From positions 31,896 to 95,895 of the forward strand of contig CAKOSN010000003.1 of assembly GCA_934102255.1 (NCBI GenBank): 64,000 nt of DNA. Reading direction: 5' to 3'. Below are positions 36,558 to 45,925 of the stretch, one piece after another. Origin of the DNA: an uncultured Bacilli bacterium (GTDB taxonomy: Bacteria > Bacillota_I > Bacilli_A > RF39 > UBA660). The notes beneath the pieces are model-generated. The model was given only the letters and a program-made list of their open reading frames with translations, ran no database searches and had not been told where the DNA came from. Within the stretch, counting starts at the first letter, position 1; each line of letters begins with the position of its first letter. The position numbers and the translations under genes were made by a program.

Positions 36558-36683
36558 ACTACTTCTTCTTTCTTAGGGTTTATTGTATTATTTTCTTTTA
36601 ATATTGTAAATATTTTTAGTATTATTTTTTTATAATACTTACTTTAATTTTATTATTACTTTTAAATTTAAATTCTAATTTTA

Positions 36684-39242
36684 CTACTTAGTATCATACC
36701 AATTAGTACCTAAATCACTACTTACTTTAATTGGTACATCAAGCTTAATAGCATTTTCCATTTTATCTTTAACTATTGCTATTACTTGGTCTTTCTCTTC
36801 TTTTTTAACATCAAATATTAATTCATCATGAACTTGTAAAAGCATTTTACTTTGGATATTATTTTCTTTAAAAGTCTTATAAATTTCTACCATGGCTTTT
36901 TTCATAATATCAGCACATGTTCCTTGAATTGGGGTATTAAGAGCAATACGCTCTCCTTGTTGTCTTATCATATAATTCTTATTATTTAGTTCATCAATAG
37001 TACGTTTACGATTGAAAAGCGTTCTAACTTCTCCGCGTTCGTAAGCTTCTTTTACTATTTCATCCATATATCTTTTAACACCTGGATATAACTCATAATA
37101 CTTTTCAATAAACTTTTTAGCTTCCTTAGCCGGTATTTCTAAGTTTTCTCCTAAACCAAAACCACTAATTCCATAAACAATACCGAAAATAACAGCTTTA
37201 GCCGTTTTACGCATTAATGGTGTTACTTCACTTTGGGGTATACCATGAATATCAGCAGCTACTTTAGTATGAATATCTTCATCATTTAAATAGGCATTAA
37301 TTAATTCTTGAGACTTACTAATATGTGCTAGAAGTCTTAATTCAATTTGGGAATAATCACAGCTTAACAAATAATCATATTCTGGATAGAAAGCCTTCTT
37401 TATCTTCCTTCCTTCACTATCTTTAGCAGGAATATTTTGCATATTAGGTTCTACTGATGAAAGTCTACCAGTTCTGGTTAAATTCTGTTTATAAATAGTA
37501 TGAATCTTACCGTCTTCTTTAATATAAGGAATAAGTCCTTCTAAATAAGTTGTATAAAGTTTATTTAAATTTCTAAATTCTAAAATATCACTAATTACCG
37601 GACTATAATTAACTAACTTCTTTAAAGTATCAACATCGGTCTTATAACCACCAGACTTATTTTTCTTAGCATATGGTAAATTTAATTTTTCAAAAAGAAT
37701 TACTCCTAGTTGTTTAGGAGAAGCAATATTAAAGGTTTCACCACATTCAAAATAGATTCTTTCTTCAATATCTTTTATTTTCTTTTCTACTTCTAAAGAC
37801 ATACTCTTTAAAACATCTTTATCACATTTAATACCATTAAGTTCCATATTAGCTAAAACTTTAATTAAAGGCATTTCAATATTAGTAAATAGACTTTCCA
37901 TATCTTCTAACTTAATTCTTTTTAAATAATCATCTCTAGTATCATAAATAAAACGAGCTTTAGTAACTATATCTTTAGAATTAAAACCATTCTTTAAAGA
38001 AGCATCATAAAATTCTATCTTATAATCTTTAGGTATCATTAAGTACGCAATATCTTCCTTAGTATTTTCTTCTAATAAGTAAGATGCAATCATCGTATCA
38101 AAGATAGTATTACTTAAAATATCTTCATTTTTTAAAAGACAAATATTCTTTTTTAAGTCATAAGTATACTTTATTTTATCTTTTAAGTAATCAAGAGTAT
38201 CATTAATTAATAATTTAGGTACATAATAATTATTCTTTTTCGTTACTACACTCATTCCAATAATATTAGCATCATGATAATTTTCTTTATCACACTCTAT
38301 ATAGTAAGCATAAGTATCAGCATCTTCTATTTCTTTAGCATCTAAAATAGTTGTAAAATTTATTTCTTTTTGGCTACTTTTCGTACTTGTATTTTTTAAT
38401 AATGAAAAGAATTCTAATTCACTAAATATATTTGCTAGTTCTTCTAACTTTGGCCCATTATATTTTATATTATCAAAATTAATATCAATAGGAACTTTTT
38501 TATAAATAGTTGCTATTTCTTTAGAAGTATAAGCAGACTCTTTATCATTTATTAACTTAGTTTTAACAGCGCCTTTTATATCATCAATATGATTATAAAT
38601 ATCATCTAAATCTTCATAAGTCTTTAAAAGATTAATCGCAGTCTTATCGCCTATTCCTTTTACCCCTGGAATATTATCTGATGAGTCTCCTGCTAAGGCT
38701 TTATAATCTATCATATGAATAGGAGTAAATCCCCAGTCTTCTTTAAAGTTCTTTGGATTATATCTTATATAATCTTTTGTTTTTAATAGTTTTACTTCGA
38801 CTTCATCCGTAATTAATTGTAACAAATCTTTATCACTAGAGATAACTGTTGCATCATACTCTTTATTGTTGTTGCAGGCCTCCGCAAACGTGCCAATAAT
38901 ATCATCAGCTTCAAATGGTTCTAACTCATAATACTTAATTCCCATTGCATCTAAGATTTTTCTTGCAACCGGCATTTGCAATTTTAATTCTTCAGGAGTT
39001 TCGCTTCTTCCTGCTTTATAAGTTTCATATTTTTCTTTGCGAAAATTTTTACCTATATCAAAAGCCACCATGATATACTTTGGTTTTTCTTCATCAATTA
39101 TTTTTTGCATCATATTAACAAAGCCATATAATGCATTGGTAGGAAATCCTTTAGAGTTTTTCATCATATTACCACTATAGGCGGTAGCATAATATGCTCT
39201 AAACATTAAATTATTACCATCAACTAAACATACTTTTTCCAT
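36684..39242 (-). CDS. polA: DNA polymerase I
   Basis: 5'-nuclease domain (LVDGNNLMFRAYYA) and family A polymerase motifs DYSQIELRLLAH, RKTAKAVIFGIVYG and LQVHDELIF. Confidence 0.97.
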   Translation of the reverse strand: MEKVCLVDGNNLMFRAYYATAYSGNMMKNSKGFPTNALYGFVNMMQKIIDEEKPKYIMVAFDIGKNFRKEKYETYKAGRSETPEELKLQMPVARKILDAMGIKYYELEPFEADDIIGTFAEACNNNKEYDATVISSDKDLLQLITDEVEVKLLKTKDYIRYNPKNFKEDWGFTPIHMIDYKALAGDSSDNIPGVKGIGDKTAINLLKTYEDLDDIYNHIDDIKGAVKTKLINDKESAYTSKEIATIYKKVPIDINFDNIKYNGPKLEELANIFSELEFFSLLKNTSTKSSQKEINFTTILDAKEIEDADTYAYYIECDKENYHDANIIGMSVVTKKNNYYVPKLLINDTLDYLKDKIKYTYDLKKNICLLKNEDILSNTIFDTMIASYLLEENTKEDIAYLMIPKDYKIEFYDASLKNGFNSKDIVTKARFIYDTRDDYLKRIKLEDMESLFTNIEMPLIKVLANMELNGIKCDKDVLKSMSLEVEKKIKDIEERIYFECGETFNIASPKQLGVILFEKLNLPYAKKNKSGGYKTDVDTLKKLVNYSPVISDILEFRNLNKLYTTYLEGLIPYIKEDGKIHTIYKQNLTRTGRLSSVEPNMQNIPAKDSEGRKIKKAFYPEYDYLLSCDYSQIELRLLAHISKSQELINAYLNDEDIHTKVAADIHGIPQSEVTPLMRKTAKAVIFGIVYGISGFGLGENLEIPAKEAKKFIEKYYELYPGVKRYMDEIVKEAYERGEVRTLFNRKRTIDELNNKNYMIRQQGERIALNTPIQGTCADIMKKAMVEIYKTFKENNIQSKMLLQVHDELIFDVKKEEKDQVIAIVKDKMENAIKLDVPIKVSSDLGTNWYDTK

Positions 39243-39396
39243 TTTAAATTTACCTTTCCTCTACTTAACTAGTATAACACGCCCTTAAGCTTAATACACT
39301 TAAAAACTGGCCTTTTTCATTAATTTTTTATACTTAAAAAGAACTAGCTTTTAAAGTTTAAATAAAACTCTTCCTAGTTCTTAAAATTCATCATTT

Positions 39397-39990
39397 TTAA
39401 ATATCGTAAAATATTTCTCGTTTTTTTAATATTTTAATAACAATAATAGCTCCTACCAAAAAGACTATTAAAAGAATAATAGGAACAAACTTACCAGTTT
39501 CTGGATTCTTTATTGGTTCTTTAGTATCTTCTTCTTTTTTTGTATCATCTTGGATTTTACTTATACTAATACTAGGTTCTTCGGTATCATTTACTGTTTG
39601 AAAATTATTATCGGTATATTTTACATTTTTTAAAGATATTTTAATATCCTCATTATCATCACTATTTTTAAGAATAGTAAGATTACAAACGCCAAGATTA
39701 CCAGTAAGAGGACTAGAATTATAAACACCAATTTTATTACCAGTTAAACCGCCTTGCCAAATAGATGCACATTCACTTGCCTTAATAGTTGCACCTTCTA
39801 AAACTATATCAGCAGAAAAGCCATAAATATTCTCACTCGTATTAATCCCAACATCACAAGTCATTTCCTCATTTACCTTATAATGGTCACTCGCGCAAGT
39901 AACACTCGTTTTATAATTTTCCATTGCCGATACTTTAATAGCTAAAATACTAAGTAAAAAAGTAAATATTAAAAGACTCTTTTTCCTCAT
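39397..39990 (-). CDS. small surface protein: signal peptide, cohesin-like domain, NPETG sorting signal
   Basis: Signal peptide MRKKSLLIFTFLLSILAIKVSA. A ~120-aa beta-rich domain (VGINTSENIYGFSADIVLEGATI...GVCNLTILK) resembles cohesins. The C-terminus is NPETG plus a hydrophobic helix plus KKRE, the layout of a sortase substrate. Its ATG overlaps the upstream stop (ATGA). Confidence 0.55.
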   Translation of the reverse strand: MRKKSLLIFTFLLSILAIKVSAMENYKTSVTCASDHYKVNEEMTCDVGINTSENIYGFSADIVLEGATIKASECASIWQGGLTGNKIGVYNSSPLTGNLGVCNLTILKNSDDNEDIKISLKNVKYTDNNFQTVNDTEEPSISISKIQDDTKKEEDTKEPIKNPETGKFVPIILLIVFLVGAIIVIKILKKREIFYDI

Positions 39991-42900
39991 TTTTTCATCA
40001 CCTCACTATATAATAAAGCAACATCGGATATATCATAAACTTTATCTCCGTTAGTATCACCTGCTAAAGTAACTAAATCATCAGTAGTTACATTCATAAT
40101 ATTAGTATATAACTTAGCAACATCCGATATATCAATTACTCCGTCACCATTAACATCACCAATAAAACAAGCTGTATATTTTTCTAACAAATTATCGCCT
40201 TCATAAATTTCAACTTGATAACCAGTACCAATATAGGCATCTATGCTAATTTCTTCTTGTTTTTGATTATAAACTTTTATTGTTTTATCAGTAAAATTCT
40301 TAAGGAGATTAACTGGTGTTAATGCCTGACTAAAGATAATTTTCTTATTTTCGCTATCAATAGTAACCACTTCTTCAATATCTTCTTTTGACCTTTCATA
40401 AATAGCATACAAAGTAATGGTCTCTTCTGGTATACTAATTAAATTAATAACTTCCTGGTTATCGCTATAACTATCCCCGCTACCATCAGCCTTAGTATTC
40501 CACTTTAAAAACTTATAGCCTTCCTTTTTAAACTGATTAGGACTTAATTTCGTTTTAGTATTTAAAGTTAGAGTCTCTATATCCATTGTTCCCGTACCAC
40601 CGTTAGCATCATATTTTATATAATATTTATCACTAATAGCTTCTACTTTTATTGTAACTTTTTCTGTATAAATATCATCATAATTTATAAATTCTAAGGT
40701 AGCTTCTCCTACTTTTAATCCACTTATAATATTAGTACTATCATCATAAGTTATATAATTATTATCATTATTTAAAATAGTTACTTTACTATTATTAATT
40801 CTTTCTTTTGGTTCTAAATAATCTTTTAAATCTACTCTTTTGCCTTCTTTTATAGTAATTTCTTTAACTAAATTAGTAAGGGGATAAGTTGCATTACTTA
40901 AAATAGGAATATGATTACTATAAATAGTATAATATGTATTAAATAACGGTAAGTTAGTATAAGTCGCTTCTTTACCATAATCTTCTATATTTAAAGGATT
41001 ATTATTTTTATTTATATTAAGTCCTGTATTAGAGTTAGTAAAACTTCCACTAGTATCAAAATTATTAGTTAAAACAACTAAAACATTACTTGTAATACTA
41101 CTACATAAAATGCCACAGCTATTACCAGTTCCTTTAATTTTGCCATTATTAATGGAAGCACTTATCGCTAAAGGTGTTTCTTGTGTTAATAAATTACCAA
41201 TCAAACCACCAGCATTACTTCCTGTTACGCTTCCTAAGTTTTCTAAGGCTTCTAAACTTAAATTATTATTATTCTTAGAATTAATTACTTCGCCTAAAAT
41301 ACCACCAGCATCAGTAGATGCATTAATACTTGCAGCATTAAAAAGAGAATTTATCTCGACATTACCATAATCACTGCTATAACTTAAAACACCAAAGATA
41401 CCACCAGCAGTTTTCGAAGTACTAGTAACTGTCCCAGAGTTAACAGCAATCGAACTTATTGTAACATTCTTATCCTTATTACCTAAATCAATCGTCCCAG
41501 CAACCACGCCAACGTTTTTCTTCCCCGTTATATTTACGTTATCAAACTTAATATTATTTATTAATCCATAATCAAGAACCACTTGGTCTTTACTAACTAT
41601 TCCCGTATAATAAGAAATATCACTAAATAAGCCAACATCATCTAAAGTACTATTAATATAAAGTCCTTTAATAGTATGGTCTAAACCATTAAAATTACCG
41701 GTAAAATTACTAATTGGTTCAAAACCTTTCCCACTATTATAAAATTTACCATTTTTATCTTGGGTATCATAAGTTAAATCTAAATCTCTCTCTAAAACAA
41801 AACTACTACTAGGTCTTAGTCTTACCATATCTAACTGAGTATTATTAGTAATCTTATAGGGATTAGCACTTGTACCTTCACCACCTATATATAAAACATT
41901 ATCTTTTATATTTACCTTAGAGCTACTAAGAACAGTATTATCATCTAAAACTTCTAAAATATAATTACCTGGTGTAACTGCACTATCAATATGAATCATT
42001 GAATATAAATTATTAGCAAAGATAGCATTTTCTTCACTAGTAATATTAGTTGTAACTACCTTACCATTAGTATCTTTTAATCTGTAAGACACATTAGCAC
42101 TATTATCTACATTACGTAGTCTAGAAGTTATACGGACAGCATAATTATTTTCATTAGTAAAATACGCCTCATATGTTGCATCAAGAGTTGTAGCAATCTC
42201 AGTTTTATCAATATTATTAGTATAAACGTGAACAGCCTTAGTATATGTTTGTTCACCTAAAAATTTATCTTTACTTAACTTTATTGTAAAATTATTTTGA
42301 ATTTTTATATCTTTATCACTTAAATCTAGTTCATAAAAGCCAGGATAAGTAGATTTTATTTGACCTAAAGAAGTTGTATTAGAATCAGTTATTAAATTAA
42401 CATTATAAGTAGTATTAGCATCCGGCAGTTCTATTTTAAGTTTAGTTATTTGTTCTAAAGTATTAGTTGGTTTAGTTATTTCTGTTCCGGTAGTATCAGT
42501 ATAAAAGTTATCCCAATCTCTTTTCGATAAAGAGTTAATTGTATATATATTAATTTTGGAATCATAAGTAAAATAGACGTAATTATGGCTACTACCCCAA
42601 GAATTTTTTACTATCCAAACCCCTTTACCACTTACTAAATTAGTACTTGAACAATTGGTTATATCTTCGCTATAATGTTTTTTATCATCACTAGTACAAA
42701 CTTTATATTCTAAATCATCATCCCAACCAATTATATGCATAGCATGACTGCCACCGGAACAATAACCATTATTATAAACAATCTCACTTTGTCCCATAAA
42801 AAATGAACAATCAGAATCAGGGCCAATTCCGCTTAAGTAAGCCCCACCTTTTACAATAGCGCTTTTAACTGATGTAATATAACTATTTATATCATTTTGA

Positions 42901-43688
42901 CTAGCACTAGCAAAATCCAGCCTTGGATAATGGTAAGTAGAATCAACTTGATAATCAGATGTTTTAAAATTATAAACATCACTAGCAAGAATCGGAGTAA
43001 GATTTTCAATCTCGGTTTTATGTTCATCCGTCCAGGATTGAGAAGCCATTCCTAAACTATCTAAAACTATTTCCTCTGGATTACTAAACCAAGCCCCAGC
43101 ATTTAACTTTCTTTCATTACGGGTCCCTTTTCGTTTATATAATTGTTCTGCATTTAAAAGACCATTTGAGGCGGTAGCATAATCTAGTTGATGTTCATCA
43201 AAGTCATATAAATCACCCGTGCTTATTAAAAACATACTCTCTAAATAAGAATTAATAGCATAAGCCCAACATAAACCTTCCGAACCTTGATTCTTTACTG
43301 ATGTTACATAGTTATTACCATTAACATCTCTTAAATCATAACTACTCGGATAATTTTCTAAAGAAGTTTCTTTAGGAGCAACATAATCAACAACCGTTGC
43401 ACTAGGTATTACTTCATAATCATCCTTACTATCACTATCTAAATAACTTATAAAATCATCATTTAAATAAGGCTCATTAGTCTTTTTATTTTTCTCTGTT
43501 AATAAAATATCCCCTGTTTCTTCATAATAATTTTTAATATACTCTTTAACATTACTTGAAAGATAAGAATAAGATTTTGTTTCTAAAAGATAATTAATAT
43601 CATTTAATTTCTGTTCTCTTTTAATAATTCCAAAGCCAAACCCTATAAATACTAAACAAATTAAAAAAGAACCTATATTTTTTTTCAT
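39987..43688 (-). CDS. secreted multidomain papain-like (C1) cysteine peptidase with GLUG-type repeats, a Listeria-Bacteroides repeat and a C-terminal type I dockerin
   Basis: - N-terminal signal/anchor segment.
- C1 active-site region NQGSEGLCWAYA, later GGSHAMHIIGWDD and VKNSWG.
- Mid-region repeats of ..AGG(I/L)(F/L/I)G.. (GLUG-like).
- YYIKYDANGGTGTM...GYKFLKWNTKADGSG (Flg_new / List_Bact repeat).
- C-terminal GDVNGDGVIDISDVAKLY ... GDTNGDKVYDISDVALLY (dockerin duplicated Ca-binding loops). Confidence 0.8.
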   Translation of the reverse strand: MKKNIGSFLICLVFIGFGFGIIKREQKLNDINYLLETKSYSYLSSNVKEYIKNYYEETGDILLTEKNKKTNEPYLNDDFISYLDSDSKDDYEVIPSATVVDYVAPKETSLENYPSSYDLRDVNGNNYVTSVKNQGSEGLCWAYAINSYLESMFLISTGDLYDFDEHQLDYATASNGLLNAEQLYKRKGTRNERKLNAGAWFSNPEEIVLDSLGMASQSWTDEHKTEIENLTPILASDVYNFKTSDYQVDSTYHYPRLDFASASQNDINSYITSVKSAIVKGGAYLSGIGPDSDCSFFMGQSEIVYNNGYCSGGSHAMHIIGWDDDLEYKVCTSDDKKHYSEDITNCSSTNLVSGKGVWIVKNSWGSSHNYVYFTYDSKINIYTINSLSKRDWDNFYTDTTGTEITKPTNTLEQITKLKIELPDANTTYNVNLITDSNTTSLGQIKSTYPGFYELDLSDKDIKIQNNFTIKLSKDKFLGEQTYTKAVHVYTNNIDKTEIATTLDATYEAYFTNENNYAVRITSRLRNVDNSANVSYRLKDTNGKVVTTNITSEENAIFANNLYSMIHIDSAVTPGNYILEVLDDNTVLSSSKVNIKDNVLYIGGEGTSANPYKITNNTQLDMVRLRPSSSFVLERDLDLTYDTQDKNGKFYNSGKGFEPISNFTGNFNGLDHTIKGLYINSTLDDVGLFSDISYYTGIVSKDQVVLDYGLINNIKFDNVNITGKKNVGVVAGTIDLGNKDKNVTISSIAVNSGTVTSTSKTAGGIFGVLSYSSDYGNVEINSLFNAASINASTDAGGILGEVINSKNNNNLSLEALENLGSVTGSNAGGLIGNLLTQETPLAISASINNGKIKGTGNSCGILCSSITSNVLVVLTNNFDTSGSFTNSNTGLNINKNNNPLNIEDYGKEATYTNLPLFNTYYTIYSNHIPILSNATYPLTNLVKEITIKEGKRVDLKDYLEPKERINNSKVTILNNDNNYITYDDSTNIISGLKVGEATLEFINYDDIYTEKVTIKVEAISDKYYIKYDANGGTGTMDIETLTLNTKTKLSPNQFKKEGYKFLKWNTKADGSGDSYSDNQEVINLISIPEETITLYAIYERSKEDIEEVVTIDSENKKIIFSQALTPVNLLKNFTDKTIKVYNQKQEEISIDAYIGTGYQVEIYEGDNLLEKYTACFIGDVNGDGVIDISDVAKLYTNIMNVTTDDLVTLAGDTNGDKVYDISDVALLYSEVMKK

Positions 43689-43740
43689 ATCACACTACAC
43701 CTACTATACCCAGTATAGCAGACTTGGTAAAAAAAAGGAA

Positions 43741-43938
43741 CTAGTTTTCTACCTTGATTAAACCTTTTTCTAATTCTTCAAGGGCTCTACCTAGTTCTTT
43801 TTTACTCTTGTATTCATTTTCATTCATTTGAAAATGTTTGTTTTCCATCATTTGCTTACTACGACGTGAAGCAATGTGTACTAATTTGTACTTTGAGTCA
43901 ACAATGTTTAAAAGTTTATCAATAGATGGGTATAACAT
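43741..43938 (-). CDS. rpoZ: DNA-directed RNA polymerase subunit omega
   Basis: MLYPSIDKLLNIVDSKYKLVHIASRRSKQM matches the RpoZ N-terminal signature. The track start (GTG at 43947) overlaps the AAGGAG ribosome-binding site, so the ATG at 43938 is more likely. Confidence 0.85.
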   Translation of the reverse strand: MLYPSIDKLLNIVDSKYKLVHIASRRSKQMMENKHFQMNENEYKSKKELGRALEELEKGLIKVEN

Positions 43939-44036
43939 ATTAATCACTCCTTACATAAAATATGATACTATCTTTTCAAGAATTTATCATAATTTTTCTA
44001 AAAAATTGACACTTTCTTGACACTTTTTCTTCACTA

Positions 44037-44134
44037 ATTCCGATTTTGTGCTAAATGAGCCATTTGTTATTTCTGATTTTGTGCTAAATTGGCTATTTAT
44101 TATTCTTGATTTTGTGCAAACGACAGTATTAATT
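44037..44134. repeat. three tandem ~33-bp direct repeats centred on GATTTTGTGC
   Basis: GATTTTGTGC occurs at 44042, 44075 and 44108, an exact 33-bp period. The first two units also share GCTAAAT..GC.ATTT.TTATT. Confidence 0.8.
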
Positions 44135-44169
44135 TTAAAATTCAACATTTTAAAAAGTAGTCTAATTTC

Positions 44170-44532
44170 TTAAACTACTTCTGCATATACTTCATCTTTT
44201 TCTTCATCGTAAATAAGATGAATTTTAATATTTAACATGGAACTACCATCTCTTATATCTGTAACATCACCATTAGTACTCCCAATATAACCTTTATCTA
44301 CTAAGTCTTTAATACTTACTATATAAGAATTATTTTCTTTTACTTCACTTTTAATAGTATTACCATACTTAGTGGCTTGATTAAGATAAAGTTCTAATGA
44401 TTCGTCATATAAAGTATCCTTATTATTTTCAAAAGCATGACTAAGTTTAGGTACAGTAAATAAAGTAACAAGTCCTAAGGCTATAATTACTACTAATATA
44501 TCAATAAAAGTATATCCATTTTTCTTACGCAT
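44170..44532 (-). CDS. prepilin-type N-terminal cleavage/methylation domain protein (pseudopilin-like)
   Basis: MRKKNGYTFIDILVVIIALGLVTLF is a class III signal. GGAGG lies 6 nt before this internal ATG; the track start is 44565. Confidence 0.7.
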   Translation of the reverse strand: MRKKNGYTFIDILVVIIALGLVTLFTVPKLSHAFENNKDTLYDESLELYLNQATKYGNTIKSEVKENNSYIVSIKDLVDKGYIGSTNGDVTDIRDGSSMLNIKIHLIYDEEKDEVYAEVV

Positions 44533-44593
44533 TTTTGCCTCCACTACACTACTAATATACCACAATATCTTTTAAAAGCCAAAAATAGAATTT

Positions 44594-45925
44594 TTAGAAG
44601 ATAGTTAAATTCTTATTATTTTGGAACTTATCCATAAAGTCACAGATAGTAATTGATGTTTTTTCTTGAATATTCATAGAGTTTTTATTACCATTTATAG
44701 CATTAATAAATGATAGTAATTGATTTCTTATTCCTTCTCCATTTAATTGATAAAAATATCTTTTATTATTATTCATATTTTCATATCTTATTTCAAAATA
44801 ATCAGGTTTCCACCAAGGAGAAGGAACAATTAAATAACCATTAGTGCCGGTTACTATTAATTCACCTTCAGATTTAGCCCCTTCGGCCACTTTTAGCGTT
44901 GCAACAGCATTATCATATACTAAATCTAATCTAGTAAATAAGTCATTATTATCGGTAGTCATTTTTGTATAAAAGTGATATTTATTGAAATTACACCCTA
45001 AGATATCAAGAATTGGTATTAAGGCTTGTGCTCCTAAGTTATTAAAACTTTGGGCTTTTTTAGTTTTAATATAATTACTCATATTAGTTATACTAGCCTC
45101 TACAGATAAAACATTACCTATCTCGCCACCCTTAATTAATAATAACATACGAGAATAAGCCATGGCATAAGAAGTACGATTAGCATCCATTAAGACTAAC
45201 TTTTTCTTTTTAGCAAGAGCAAATAATTCCTTGCATTTCTTTTTATTATTACAAATAGGTGATTCACATAATACGTGTTTCCCCGCATTTAAACTCCTCA
45301 TTATCTCATCATAATGTTTATCTATTGGCGAATTAATGTAAACAGCATCAACTTTACTAAGAAGATCATCTAAATTATCCGTAGTAATCTCTAATTCTTT
45401 AACAGGTGATTTTTCTTTTAAGACATTCTTAGGAGCATTAGTACAAATACCTATAATTTTAATACCATTAACATAGTTATCTTCCAAACAATATTTATTT
45501 AGAAAATCAATATCATCACCCACAACTCCCATTTTTATTTCATGTTGTTCACATCGAATTTGAGTACTTGATATTCCTTCGGTTCTGGGTAGATATACGA
45601 CATTACAATATTCTTTTAAATAATCAAACTTTCCTTCCCAGTCCGATCCTAAAACAAAAGTATCTATACCATATCTTTTGATATCATCAATTTTTTGACC
45701 AATATACTCTTCTACAATTATTTCATCGGCAAGTCCGGTACTACGAACATTATTTATACGTTCAGCCAGAGATTGACGAACATTTATTTTGCCTCTTTTC
45801 CGGTCAAAATCTTCCGAAGTAACCCCAACAATTAGGTAATCTCCCAAGGCTTTTGCTCTTTCTAGTAATCTAATATGACCATAATGTAGAAAATCATAAG
45901 TACCATATGTAATAACTTTTTTCAT
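44594..45925 (-). CDS. fusion protein: TagD-like cytidylyltransferase (N-terminal) plus Gfo/Idh/MocA-type oxidoreductase (C-terminal)
   Basis: [36 protein letters not shown] is the HxGH cytidylyltransferase signature, with RTEGISST further on. It is followed by a Rossmann-like IKMGVVGDD... and GKHVLCESP, typical of the Gfo/Idh/MocA family. Confidence 0.75.
   Translation of the reverse strand: [443 protein letters not shown]

Noticed and set aside
44006-44026. Two perfect TTGACA boxes as a + strand promoter.
   Set aside because: There is no acceptable -10 hexamer at 16-18 nt and no + strand gene downstream. They are kept only as part of the phased-repeat observation.
44037-44134. Possible CRISPR array, suggested by the regularly spaced 33-bp repeats.
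   Set aside because: The units are contiguous with no unique spacers, there are only three degenerate copies, and there are no cas genes in the window.
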